The position numbers were made by a program, and so were the translations under genes. A DNA stretch of 63,996 nucleotides, counting the filler, from Dimargaris cristalligena (taxonomy: Eukaryota), in NCBI GenBank assembly GCA_003614675.1. It is 4 parts of 4 records of this genome, joined end to end, with 100 filler letters (N's around TTAATTAATTAA, not from the genome) between each part and the next. Parts side by side here need not be neighbours in the genome. Positions count along the whole stretch, not along the records: positions 16,387 to 32,659 come from ML002856.1; positions 32,760 to 48,988 come from ML002857.1; 2 more parts are not named here. One strand, 5' to 3'. The notes below the pieces were generated by a model that searched no databases, had not been told where the DNA came from, and saw only the letters and a program-made list of their open reading frames with translations. Below, piece after piece: positions 24,113 through 37,673 of this stretch; position 1 is the stretch's first letter; every line of letters starts with the position of its first letter.

Positions 24113-27100
24113 GGCAGCTAACTGGGGTATTGGTCAAACAAAGCGAATGGAAAGCAATACCGGAAGATAGCTGTTGATAAATGCTATGGAGATGGAAGTC
24201 AAAAGTATGGCTAGATGCACTTGATCTCTAAGGCTCGAATTGGGAGGTAGGGGCATGGATTTATGGCGCGATTCAGCCGACCTTTTATACATTTTATACC
24301 TGGATAGAGAATATTGCCTTAGGCCGACCCTTGGCGCCCGTTCTTTTCCCATTGCCATAGTCCCTCGTTTAAATCGATTGTCAATATATTCCAAAATAAA
24401 AATAATCAAGCGCGGCATTGGTAATACATTTGTGGAACTTGTAGTATTCTGACAGCCTAGGACAGAACATGTAGTCCAGCTAGACCGTCGGCTCTACAAT
24501 GATCTAAAAGCTGTATTTCCAATTACTGAACCGAGTCTCCACAATACCTCCATAACGTAGAATACTGGTAAATGGGGCTCTTATAGTGTTACACTCCATT
24601 CCCAAGCCACTGCCTATGAAGACGGCCCACTCTCCCCTCCACCTCGTCGTTTCTACTCTCTATTCACTCGAGCCTCAATGGGCTGGAGTCGCACTGATCT
24701 ACCCCGTGCCACTAAACATGGGGCCACTCCCCTTGAGTACTGATGATAATGTTTATATGGCCTAGGGTCCTCTCAATCGTAAGGGTGCTGTAGTATTGTC
24801 TATGCAATTACAGTGATAATAAGGAAATCGACTTATGAGTTGGGCTGCGTATAATTACTTATCAAATATCCTTTTAGATGTGTTGGTGTAACGAGTAGCT
24901 ATACGGAAGGCTGAGGGATCTTCTAATGTCCTAAATCATTGTATTTGGGGCAGTTTGGCTATTTTAGCCGGCGAATTGGGCTAACTGAATAAATGTCAAA
25001 TAGATAGCTGCATATTATTTTACTATGTGAGAGAGAATACTCTATACGAAGTACGTATTTAATAGGTAATACCGGATCCGCCGTAGCCCCCTCGCAGCCA
25101 CTAGATCACTATCGAAGGAATCAGGCAAGAGCCGCGATGACTCTCGAAGGAAAATTCGAGGAGTGGTATTATCATGATAAAGCTATGGTCAGTGGGGAAA
25201 GTTGTTTGTACTTAGTCCGGGTCGTCGAATATAGTGAAGGGCATACCTTCTCTCCGCCCAGGATAAAACAGGCCTGTTGGTTTGCCCTCATAGTCCGCAG
25301 AGTATCGCGTCAAATCCACCGGCATCTCGTCATCCCTCATTCAGTGCTGAAACAAGGAGTGGTAGTAATATGGTCCATGTACGACTTCACTTTTTTTCTT
25401 ATACATTTATAGAAAGGCTGACAAAGTTATTCAAAGCATCATATAGGGTCATCAATGAAATCCGACCAGAGGAGTAATGTAATGTAGCCTAAGTACTTCC
25501 GCCCGCTGAAAGGCGAATTCATTGTACCGCATGGCAGGAATTCTTCCATGTGTATTTCCTTATTCGTACCGATAGCAATGGGTACCATTGGCCCATGTTT
25601 TAGTTTGGGTAAGGTGGATAATGGGGTATGACCATGTCAGAATAGTGTGAGAATGGCAGTGGCAAACAGCCGCCAGCCAAGGATCATTTGTAGAGGGACC
25701 AATTGGCCATCCAAAATCTTTCAATCGACATCCGTAAAACGCTGGTGGACGAGGAGAAGGCTTGGTATTGGAGGGCCTGGACATGTCGGCGTTCTGACAA
25801 CCTAAAACTCGGGTGGTTCACCAGCATGCCCTGTTTATTTCCCTCAATTCGACGGCACAGTCATCAAACAAGGCCTAGATGCCATTTTTAAAAGAGTGCT
25901 ATTCTGATGATGGTGGTAGTAACTACTGGGTGCACTTAAGGAGTGTACTGTCAGTGAATTATTTTTTAGTCCTTTTATACTATGCTTACTTATATTCCGG
26001 CGTTTATAAAAATGGTTATATTAATTCAGACAAAGGAGCCCCCTATTTAATTTACGATTTTAATCTAAATGTAATACTGTATTCCACAGGGGAGAGAACG
26101 AGGGAGTGGGCTCGGTAGGGGTACTGTTATTAGAGCTAGTATATACCAGTTTGACAGGTAAATACAACTCCCCCTTTATAGGGTCGGAGTGGTTATATTG
26201 GGGCGAGGTTTTGGATCTGGTAGCTTTGCCAATATAAACGGGATTCAAAAATAAAAAACTATATCATATCGGCGGTGAAATATAAAATGGACTTATCGCG
26301 CAACAGCCGGCCTACACTCCTCCCAAATAATAGATTGCTATGATGGGGTTGGTTAGGCACGAACCAGCGACGTTAGTGGAATTAGCCAATAGTATCACCA
26401 ACTCTCCGCACAATTTATCGATTCTCAAATAGACTCTGTTAAAAATATACAGGCGCGTTGGTGGGCGTAGTGGCGTCCACATGCGGTTCAAGGATCCTTC
26501 GCGCCAGGTCAAGTATGGTAATATATTAAAACTAGGTACCACAACGTATGATCCATGGACATCCCTCAGCCAGCTTCAAGGCGGTCAACCAACTTAGCCA
26601 TTCAATAATCTGACCTTTTATCCATTGACACCTTCGTCCCTGGCCCCCAAAGGAACGGCTAAAAGTTGTACCACTGACAAGCCGATTGATAAATAAATAC
26701 AGTGACAGGTAAGGCAAAGTTATGACTATCCTGAAAATCCCGGGGTGCGGTTACTCGATTCGAAAATTTTACATAGCTATACCGACAATTAGATGCAATA
26801 TTATCGTCTCAAACTGGCGGTTACCTCTAGCCAAGGTTTTCCTAAATAGTACCTTGGAGGTTGGTGATGCATAAAGCCAATAAACGATAGAGTGACGGTT
26901 GACCACTATAGTGACATACCAGAGCCCAGACGGATAGGCCTCCCAGGAATACAGTACCAGAAATTGTCTCAGCCACTACTTATCGATAGGGTACAGCAAA
27001 AGAGAAGTTTAATCAGTATCTGTGCGCCCAAGTGTGGTGTACTACCTGGGGATGGTCATATAATGGGGCTATGAAAAGAAAACCCATCCATATATAAGCT

Positions 27101-27654
27101 AAGGAATAGTAGAATGTAACCTGTGGGAAGATATATGGATATGACAGCGGAGGATCATCCACGAATAGTAATGCCAATACCAGAAGGTATCTGCCAGTAT
27201 CCGGAAGACTCTGATGGGAACCGGAGGAAAGTTTGTATTAGCGGCGAAGGTGTGGCAGGCGAGTCCTTTGAGTGTTAGCTAGAGTGTAATGGCTGAGAAA
27301 TGTATAATTAGATATTTTCATGGGAGGGGTAGTACATCATGACAAGGCCCAAATCCGGTAATAGCCAAGGCAAAAGGGCCCGTTGTAATACCACGAAGCA
27401 TCCTGCATGTCAGTTGTTTCGAAACATCTATTATTATACACTTCACTATGATCTTTATGAGGGTTTTGGGTTGCGAATCAATAGAGCGTAAACGCACATT
27501 CGTAAACTGTCCAAATTGACCTATAATTCGGCGGTTTAATGGTAACATCAACAGGCAAGATCATTTGGATAATAATAAATGCCCATGTCCCAAAGCCATT
27601 GCTCAAACAAAAAATACAGAGAAAATAGCCAATAGCATTAGTTCACAGGCAGTG

Positions 27655-28733
27655 TTAGTCTGTGGCCATAGCATGTGCTACCTGGGTTCGGCTTAAGATT
27701 TTACGTCGTTGAGTAACCAAGTCAACATACTGATTGCACGTCATAAACGCAGTATGGACGGACTGGAGAGTATCAATCAGCCCTCGGTCATGGAGCTGAG
27801 TATCGGCTATACTAGATAATTGAAGGGAAGTTGTAGGCAATCGGTGGATCATGTCGAGAGTTTGGGCTAGCAGTTGGTTCAGGTCCGCTTGATATTCGAG
27901 AGGCAATAGTAGGTGTTCTCCCGTATAGGGTTGTTTAAGCTCCATCTGGATTTTGGGCGATTGGTCGACTATACTACGGAGGCCGTTGATGAAATGCCGC
28001 AGCTTGTCAATGGTCGTATCTGCCGAAATTTAAATAGCAGCAATTGTAAGAGATTCTAGCATCCTTTCCAATTAGCAAGTTAATAAAACCGAGACGGTTG
28101 ATCGAATTCAAGGATAGTGCTCTCGGTTTACTACAGAGATATCCTTGGAAAGAGATGTGATTTTTGACACCGCTTATCATACCTAAGTAATCTTGACTTA
28201 TGAGCGGATAAATGGTGGCGGCGTCGGCAATCGAGTAGATTTCATGGGCAACCTAATTAATCAAATACAATAATGAAATTAAAATATGTAAGAAGCAGAC
28301 TACATGTAAACTGTTTCCCTGGGCCCGACAAAGTTGACTAGAAATTTAATGTGAAGAAAACATATAGGCCACAGTATCGAAGCAGCGTCTTATAGCTGTC
28401 ATGGGAGACTTACTAGAAGTGTTTGGGTCTGTGTGTCAACAAGGTGGTGCAAAAGCTGTTCAAGCTGGCCATTTTCTGATAGGAGTCTTCGTTGATAGCG
28501 GCGTAAACACTCTAGGTTCTCTTCGCCCTTGAAGGGCTAAATTCGCACAGATATCACGAAGGCATACGTCGCACTACAATACAATGTAATTAGAATAGGG
28601 CAGTTGTAGGTGAAGGGAGGGTGAGAGATTGTGTCCAAAGTTGCTAGAGGGATATGCGGCGTGTACTTGCCTGAGGCGGGCAGCCCATGTCCTGGGCCAG
28701 GCGGAGAATACTTAGATAAGGGTTCGTTGCCAT
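27655..28733 (-). CDS. HAUS2/augmin subunit 2-like protein, 4 exons
   Basis: Exons join in phase: MATNPYLSILRLAQDMGCPPQ / PFKGEENLE..QTLL / VAHEIY..QDYL / DTTIDKLRHFINGL..LKQPYTGEHLLLPLEYQADL. The last part resembles HAUS2 (LLKPMCQENLPIEAVYH, recalled). Confidence 0.55.
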
Positions 28734-29125
28734 TCGGGTTTTGGGCGGCAGTAGAATAGAGAGTGAGCAACAGGGTATGTGTTTCGAAGTTGGAGGACTA
28801 CATGGACAGGAATCGACGATTCAGGGGCCTGCCAGAGAATTAGTCGAATGACAATAGGGTTGGAGTGGGCGGAGTTCCCCTTTCAAGGAGGGGTACACCT
28901 TATCAGGTAAGCCAAAGCCCAATTGAAAGAGGCAAATATATCTCCCCATATTCAATAAATTTTACCACTTCGGTTAAACAACACACAAAGGGGGAGCATC
29001 ACTCCTGCTTTGCTTTTCAATGCTCCTTGTCTTCTACCAGTTTTTGCAATGACAACCTGCCTGTAGCCTCTTTCTACCATCTATTGTTGTACTACTCCTC
29101 GCGCTCCAACCCAGCATTACTCACC

Positions 29126-31589
29126 ATGGCCACTGAACTCTACGCATTGGACGATGAGGAATACCAGAATACCCCCCTGGTATCCCCTATCCCGCCCCCC
29201 TCGCTGTTTACCGTGCCACCCCGTACCCAGCGCCCATGGCAGGATCGAGCGGGTCCCCAGCCCATGGCCAACGCACCCAGCGGTCCCCCCATTCCGGTCG
29301 GGCCGAGTGTCGAGGATATCATGGGCCCGCCCATCGGGACTGGTCTGCGCTCCCATGTACCGAATCCCATCCTCCTGCAACAGCGCCCCCGGTGGGCCCA
29401 GCTGATATGGACAGGTTCGGACTCGGATATCCCGCCCTTTGCCACCGATAGCTACTGCGACCCCGACCTGCGCGACTGTGTGGCGGCCGCCGAGGCCAAA
29501 TTGAAGACCCTGGATCCGGCCCGGGTACGCCAGGGCCAGCAGCTGGAGAATCCCTGCGGGGCCGTGGGTCGCACGGTTTTCGTTGGTCGGGAAGCGGTAG
29601 AACTGGCGGCTGTGGATAGTCTGGTGGGTCTCATCACCCATGGCCACATCCCCGGCGACTCCCAGTTCTTTTTCCTGGATTTATACGACGCCGATGCGGG
29701 CGCTTTTGCGGATTACGTCCTGTGGCGGAAATACCCCAGCCGCATTCGAACGTACGGCTGGGGCATGGGGCCGCGTACCCTAAATCCCGCCGTTCCTGAG
29801 CGGTTTTATACCCGCAATACGGCTTCCACCAATTATTCGGCGATGCGATCCCAAGGTATATATCTGCACAGGCATAATGATTCCTTGTTTAGGCCGACTG
29901 ATTTTAACAGTATGCATTCGTGAAGAGACTTGGTCGCTTTACTGAAGCGGGTTTACGATCTCAAGTAGATGCCATTTCAATCTGTTAGTAGTATGCGTGG
30001 TTCTATAGGGTGTGGATATCCAATGAATCGTACTAACTCGTCTGGCTATTTATCCCGATTTTCCTTGTAGATGATGATATGCGCCTATCTGACGTGAGTA
30101 CTTTGCACCAAAAAGTCACCGACAAGACGAGGGGTCAGGGGGTACACCTGGTGTTGGGCAGTCTCGTAAGTTACCAATATATGTATTGCTTTTGCAGGAG
30201 AATCCCTCACTGGTTAAATTTATAAAACGAGTACGAGCGGACACCTCAATTAAGGCGTCCTCTGATCTAAACATATTTATTTGTTTATTGTTATCCACTA
30301 TGCCCCTATTTTAGGCTGATCGCTCACTCGCCGACCCCAATGCGTACAACACCGCTCTCCTCTACCAATTGGCCATCATGTTTCGGATGCTCCGGAAAGG
30401 TAAGTATAGTCGAATTTCCTTGAATGACTTGACCTATATAGTGAAAACGAAGGGAAACAGCCATTCGCCACTGGAAGGCCGCCTGTATTGTTATTTGAGG
30501 ACAGTACCACTAATAGCCAGCCTTTTAACCCGACTGTGCCCTTATCGCCCTGCCCGTACACTTGTAATTACTTTTCAGGTGGACACGTCATCTTTAAGAT
30601 TAACCAGCTCGACTCCCCCTTGGCTATCAGCGCACTCTTCATTTTATACCGGTATTTCGAGGAAATCCACTTGATTAAACCTCCACCGGGTGCCCCCTAC
30701 GGCCCCTTCCGGTAAGTTGAATTGTTTGATTAGTTTCAGGAGATGGGGCTGTCATCTTGGTTGGAAAGAAATGTATAGGTTACACTCGTCGATATTCCCA
30801 TACATACCCTCTCGACTCGACTGTGATTTGCTCTAATATTGTTGCCCGCTGCTTAACCTGAAGTACCCCTACCCGCCATTTTTACGCTCACCGAATTAAG
30901 GTATCTTGTTTGTCGGAACCTGCGAGTTCCCAAAGCCTCGATCCATGATCTATTCGAGGAGGCTCTTGGCCAAATTCACGAACAGGGTGCGTCCAACTCC
31001 CACTCGGACACCGGGGCCCTTTTGTTGGTGATGCCGGAGGAGCTAAAGGCCGACGAGACGTTCACATCATTTGTAGAAAGTGCCAATAATAACCATACCA
31101 TGGCCCAGTTCAAATCGCTACAGCGGGTTACCAAATTCGTAACCCAAAACGAACCAATCCCCCAAAAGTACGAGATACCTGCCGTGATTGCCAAATGCCT
31201 TGATATTTGGCGGCTTCCGGTGCCGAGGGTAAGTTCAGTTTATAATAGTTTCGATTTTTATTAGATCGTGGTGGTTTCGTGTGTTCATCAGTAAATCCGC
31301 CCTCGTGGTTTTTTTAAGCGATTGTTATACCTGAGTTGGGCGTTTTTCGGACCAATCCACCCGTGTGTATTATCAATTAGTGCTCTAATACATTCTGCTT
31401 GAACTTTTAACCCCTCCCTATTACATAACTTAGGCAAATAATCCTTCCCAGTTCAGATCCGGGGGTCAACCTTCAGATAGACGACGAGGCGACCATGGCC
31501 AAGTTGGCGGTCCTCCGAAGCGAGGCAACGTTGGCCAAGGGGGAGGTGGTCTTCTAGACAGCCTGCTTCATGGCATGTCCCGAAAGTAA
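29126..31589 (+). CDS. CMTR1-like (FtsJ/RrmJ cap1 2'-O-methyltransferase family) protein, multi-exon, degenerate catalytic motifs
   Basis: ENPC..VF.GREAVELAAVD; FADYVLWRK..GWGM; LRKGGHVIFK..LFILYRYFEEIHLIKP..RYLVCRNL; CLDIWRLP, collinear with CMTR1. The exon1/exon2 junction near 29855-29911 is unresolved. Confidence 0.75.
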
Positions 31590-32659
31590 TTCGCACTTAC
31601 ACATGACTTTGCCGACTTTAGATAGTACCGCCGATGGCACATAACTAAACCATCACGAATATTTCTCTTATATTGATATCGGACACCCTATCAAACTCTT
31701 GTGATGTGTTCTAATTCATATTATGATCGATCGTTAATCAATCCAGGGTGCTTTACTTTTCGCTCATTGTATTATGTTGCTAGACTGACAGCCCCTAGTA
31801 TCCAGATGCAGCATATAAAAACCCTGTTTCCTATGCCCTGTTCATGTGAATGCATTATATATATTTTTAATCATTATTTTCAAAAACGATTTGATCCCCA
31901 ACTGCTGTATCTGAAAGTGAAGGACAGAACCTATGAGGCTTCTAAACTGAAGAATTTCGATAAATACCAGAGAAGATCGTGTTGGACCAAGTCGGCAGGC
32001 AATTGGGTTTGGTCGAGAGGAGGGCGGGAATGGAATGCTGTTCACCGAAGTCGAGCAATTAAGAGACCCGTTGTGCTACAGACGATAAATAATGGAACAC
32101 ACCAATCTGGTTGGGACAATGTCTTTTAGGCCGGTCGATTAGTCGGATTCTGGTGGGCTGATAATCCGACTTTTAGAATGGATATTTTTACTTTCCTGGC
32201 CGGACCTCAAGGATCTTCTCCACCAACCTTCACCGTTAATCCGAGGGGCTTTCGGTTCCTATTAAAGGATTCCAGACATTAGTAGATACCCTCTGATGTC
32301 CGCCGATTCTATTACTGGACAACAGCCCCCGTGCCGACCTCCATATGGGTGAAATTCAGCCCAGCTGTATAAAGTTTTAAATGATATATGTACGGGAAAA
32401 TAGGATGTATGTGTATTTTCAACCAGTAGTAGTTGTCTCATCCAGCGGATTTTTCGTTTTACAGTCTGGTTGAGCTCCTCCCATATGCTATCGTATTTAA
32501 CCTGTAAACTGGGGTTCCTCCGGCGTTCTTCTCATTATATAATCTAGCTAAACTCATTCTACGTTTAAGTACCCGTAAATTTATTCATACGTAATTAATA
32601 AAGCCGAAAAATAAATGGGGGTTAGAAATAGACTGTACCAAAATAATGTATTCGTTTTA

Positions 32660-32759
32660 NNNNNNNNNNNNNNNNNNNNNNNNNNNNNNNNNNNNNNNNN
32701 NNNTTAATTAATTAANNNNNNNNNNNNNNNNNNNNNNNNNNNNNNNNNNNNNNNNNNNN
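32660..32759. other. Artificial contig linker
   Basis: N-TTAATTAATTAA-N, 100 bp. Confidence 0.97.
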
Positions 32760-32784
32760 GCTATTGATGATCCTTTATAAGCGG

Positions 32785-33280
32785 GGCTTGGGAATAACCA
32801 GCCTCTGGTGGATTTCTTCTTGGAATCACGCCATACAACTTCTTAGCATGAATTCTTTTTCTTAGGTTTATCAATATCCGACATGAAAGAGGACTGGGAA
32901 GGCTGTGTTTTCCAACCTTCCAACCTTCCAATTTCTATATTTCACTTCTCTTTAACCTATTCACAACCATAGTTTAGCCAGTAGGTCAATTTTCCCCCTA
33001 TTATTAGGTTTTTTATGACCTACAATTATTGCAGCTTTAATCTTAGCTATAGTTATTTAGTCTGGTCGATTTTATATATATATACCTTAGTAGTGTCCCC
33101 TCAGTTGAAGGGACAAGTTAGTTTTGAGATAAATGAATAAATATCTGTTTTAACTTCACCCGGCGATATCAACAATTACCCTTTACACAGTTTTACTTTT
33201 ATTATTACCACCAATTCTATTTTACTTTATTATTTTCATCCATTCAGTTCGGAGTTTTGGTATCCCCAAGTACCAAATTG
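32785..33280 (+). repeat. ~500-bp dispersed repeat, copy 1
   Basis: Collinear with 36272-36775 (ggcttg.gaataaccagcc ... ttttggtatc.c.agta.caaatt). Confidence 0.8.
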
Positions 33281-35548
33281 ATTACACCATTTGATTGTAA
33301 TGATTTTCTTATAATGTTTTTATTTTATATTTTCTTTAAACAACCAATAATGCCAGACGACGACGTATGATGCAATGGGCGACCAGGAACTCAGCAGTGG
33401 TTTCCCCAAGGCCACCTTGGTCTCAACCCCCTCGAACCCAGCAAAGTCCAACACTCCACATTACATGATAAAGTATGGTGAGCCGTCTAGTGGAAAGAAA
33501 CTGGAGGTTACCCCTCCTGCCAACTCTCCCAAAGGCATGCCAGCGGAGACCCTCAAATTGTTGGCAACACACTAATGTATACCCATGGTTTATTTGGATG
33601 CTTATTTATACACCCACCCCTTTGCAGTACCCAGTGTTAATGTGCAATCTTTACTATATTTGATAGTTGCTACTTACTACTAGTAAATCCTGGTTGACAG
33701 CTATTCCCAGGCTAGTACTTTTCTTATCTAATTCGCCGTAATGCTACACTTACATATTGAAGCATTCAATTTTTCCCGACCCACCAGTTTAGTATTAGCC
33801 AGTTGGATACAGTAGCTGTCCTAATGGTGTGGTCTATGAAAAGGAGGTAGCGTGTGTTTATTTTTCAGGTGGGAAACAGTCCTGGAATAAGGATATCTTC
33901 GGATAGTTCTAAGGGAATTGAATGAAAGGTATAGTAGTAAAAAGTATGAAAGCAGTCTGCCAATGTATAGAATTGGATGGGAAAGGTGATCAGCCGTAGG
34001 GGTGGTATGATTAATGGAACCCAATGATGTATAGATTGTAGTCAACTGACATGTCAATAAATAACCCACCGAGTATTTATTTCACACAGGTTATGGGATG
34101 CTGGAAACCTGATCCCCAAAATTGATGCGATGATAAAAATGCGGGTACTTTAACGACTATACCTGAATGAGAGTTTTATATTCAACATAGTAAGTTATAG
34201 GGGAGCCACCTGTCCCGACCATTGCTACCAATGGTATCGCTGAAGTTATGTTACTATGTCTGTATAATATCTTATTTGTTTAGGTTTGTAAATATGAAGT
34301 GAAGTTAACCCAGCTGGAGTGGCATTGCTTTCTCGAGCTGGGTTTTCAATTATACCCCCCCCCCTCACCCAACACACGCATATACACCTATCCCCCAGTG
34401 TTATTTCATTCGGCATCTAGTGTGCCTGTTCTGGGTGCCCTTCATCTATACAGCCAAAGCATATGAACCGTGTGAGGAGGCTTGTGTACCGGATTTCAGA
34501 CAATAGTATACAAGTGAATGTTGTTATGTTATATTATAAATAATCTACACCTGCTTCCCCTATACTGTCGCCATTGATTGTCATTAAGTATATCATTCGA
34601 GCTAGGTTGTTGGTGTGCGATATTAGTCCCTTTGAATACTATAGGGCGTGTGAATTAATAAAAAATCTGATGGATACCGATGATCATCCACTATAACAGG
34701 CATGTGGAATATAGCCACGTACAATATGTTTAAGGAGGTAAGGTGAATAAGTTCTACTAATAGCATTCGCCTGGCAGTTCGTGGGAACCGGGATAATATA
34801 GCACAGAATGGTTGACAGCTCCCGATAAAATACAAAGGGGCCTTGGCATACCCAAGCCGAGTTGCTGGATCCATTACCCTTGCATTGTTCATGGGTTATT
34901 GGTTATGTACTGCAACTATACTTACTTGAACAAACTGTGGACAGTGGTGCGGCAATGGTTAGCAAATTTGATTATACTGTTGATCGTATTTGCGTCTTTT
35001 GTAACATGATAAACCTTTAACCGGGTAGGAATTGCCAATCCCCAATATTGTCCTGCCCTGACTAATAGTTCAACAATGTGCCTTTTATTTCACGCGGAGC
35101 TTTACAATACTTTGACTGTGTCATTAATACATACCCCAAACTGCTAATAGAAAATATACCAACCTATTTAATTTTACTATAATATTACTTTGATAAAATA
35201 TAGCAAAACATTACATATCTGCATGTGACAGACGATTTGGAACAGCATAAAGCAATATTAGTATATCCCTAATGAATAGAAATAGTAATGGTCAATCAGG
35301 TTGGTTTAAAATAGTTTGGCTGACCGGTTACATTGTTGGCTTGCGGAATTATATAAATTAGGTTGGGTGTCGCCCTTACAGCTATCATTCAATAAGTTCC
35401 CCGTATTCAACATTGTCGCTCACAATACACTTTTTCTTACTTCTACCGAACCTCTCACCAAGTCCCTTACAACAGTCTATATATCACCCCCCCACCTACA
35501 CTCACACCCCCCAATCTCTAGTCGGTTCTCAGAGGCTCCGAATCAATC

Positions 35549-35961
35549 ATGTTGGCCAAGGGCTTCACTGGTTTGGAATTCTATTTGACAGTTGGGCGTA
35601 AGTAGACTCCCGCATAATAGGTCAATTTAGGGTACCCTGTCTTTGTTCGGATGGTCTGAACTTCGTCGTTCCTAATTTTACCTACTGCCCGTGGCCTGCA
35701 CTATCGCCTCACTAGGGTGGTATTTTTTTAAAATTACACTCATATCCCAGCTTTTGATTATATGTTATTATATTTACTTTCCATGTAGAAATCGTCGAGT
35801 TTGCCAAAAACGAAACCCCAAATGAATCGAAATGGGGCAAGATTATATCTATCGACGAAAAGAATGGAACGTTGAAGATCGCGGACTTTAAGGGAGTTGA
35901 AGGGACATATGCGTCTTCTGATATTCTGGTTCGTATCACCTGTGCTGCGTTGGGCAGCTAG
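35549..35961 (+). CDS. Small two-exon 73-aa protein, SH3/Tudor-like beta barrel
   Basis: Exons 35549-35597 and 35789-35961, phase-1 GTAAGT..TAG intron: MLAKGFTGLEFYLTVGQIVEFAKNETPNESKWGKIISIDEKNGTLKIADFKGVEGTYASSDILVRITCAALGS. Confidence 0.5.
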
Positions 35962-36271
35962 GCTGAGGCCGCGTAAGTGTTGGCGCCAGTCATCAATCCA
36001 AGAAATAGCCATACCATGGACAAATTTGAGGTCCCCGGACGTAAGCAAGTTCATTCCATAGGAACAGTTTGGGGCCAGAAGGAATATTTATATTTCTTTA
36101 TATTGACCGATGTTTCTTTTCTTTAGCTTTCCAATTCACTATTACATTCTAATTTCTGCTACATATTGACAATGTTATAGGCCGTCGAAATCAAGGGTAA
36201 TTTTGACCCATGACGATTCTCTACCTTATATTACTACTTTTATTCTATTTTGATAATCTCTAGTAAGTAGT

Positions 36272-36775
36272 GGCTTGAGAATAACCAGCCATCCGGAGGA
36301 TTCCTTCTTGGAATTGCATTGTGTAACCTCATGACATGAAATATTATTTTATTATATCAATATCCAAATACAAAGGAGGCTTGGGAAGACCTCCATTCCA
36401 TGGGTCTTCCAGCCTTCCAGCATTCTTCACTTCCATTTACAAATACACGGCTGTAGTCCAATCATTAGGTCAGTTTTTTCCCTATTGCAGGTTTTTATGA
36501 CCTATAATTATCACAGTTATTATCCTTAGCCATAGTTATTTAGTCCGGTCAAATTATTATATATATTCCAACAAAGTCCCCTTGCTTATAGGGACAAGTT
36601 ATTTTTGAGATAAGTTTTATTTGAGATAAACCAGAATAAATATATACCTTTAACTTCACCAGTATTAACTGATGACCTGGATAATTTCCTTTAGATAGGT
36701 CTATTTACTATATTGTTCTTATTCCTTTTATTTTCTATTTCCAGCTTGAATTTTGGTATCTCCAGTATCAAATTA
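36272..36775 (+). repeat. ~500-bp dispersed repeat, copy 2
   Basis: Diverged direct copy of 32785-33280. Confidence 0.8.
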
Positions 36776-36850
36776 TTTTTTATATACCTTTTTTAAACCT
36801 ATCTGACAATACATGAGATAACAGTATACAATACAATAGAGGACACACCC

Positions 36851-37434
36851 TATCAGCCCTCCTAATCTAACTTAATCCAGACTTAATGATTATCCATCCT
36901 TATTAGGCCTTATAGTACCATATTAACCCTCCCATAGTCACTCCCAGTACTATAGGATCATCATCTATTATACAACCCTTCTCCTTCTGGCCCCCAATGC
37001 TTCACACAAAATACTCAGCCAGCTGATCTAAATGATTCTTCTGGTTCCCATGAGAGTCTTCCAGATATGAGGCTGTCTGGTTGGATTCCTTATCTACCTA
37101 TACCTAGTCTTAGTAGCATTCCCCTTAGGACCTCCTGCTGGAGTTGTCCCTACATATATATAACTAGGCCCCACTGGGACCAGTTCAATTCTTTAGCTTA
37201 TTTATATCCCCTAGTTTACCCCAATAAACTCTACATATACTTACCCCCTTATACTAACTAGTAAATGTACCTACTGCATATCCCTTGCATTTACCTGCAC
37301 TTGTTCTTTATTAGTTAGTACTACACCCCCATCCTAATACTAGTAACCCACTTAGCCAAGTCTAAGCCCTGCCTACCATTAGAAGCCTATCCTCGGGACT
37401 CTTGATGGACTAAGAGTGGTTAATCTGGGTAACA
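36851..37434 (+). mobile_element. Solo LTR-like repeat (family A, ~585 bp)
   Basis: Ends ...gggtaaCA; other copies show a TGTATCAG start; five copies in the window. Confidence 0.75.
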
Positions 37435-37673
37435 TAGACCAATTGGATGGGCTTTGCATCAGGAAGACTCTCATGGGAACTGGAAGAGTCTTTAGATCAG
37501 CAGGTTGAGTGTTTTGTGTAAAGCATTGGGGCTGGAAGGAGAAGGGTTATATAGTAAATGATAATCCCAGAGTACTGGGGGTGACTATGGGAGGGTTAAT
37601 ATGGTGCTATAAGGCCTAATAAGGGTGAACAATCATTAAGTCTGGATTAAGTCAGATTAGGAGGACTGATACA
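37435..37673 (-). mobile_element. Partial inverted copy of the family A LTR
   Basis: Reverse complement matches 36851-~37085. Confidence 0.8.
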
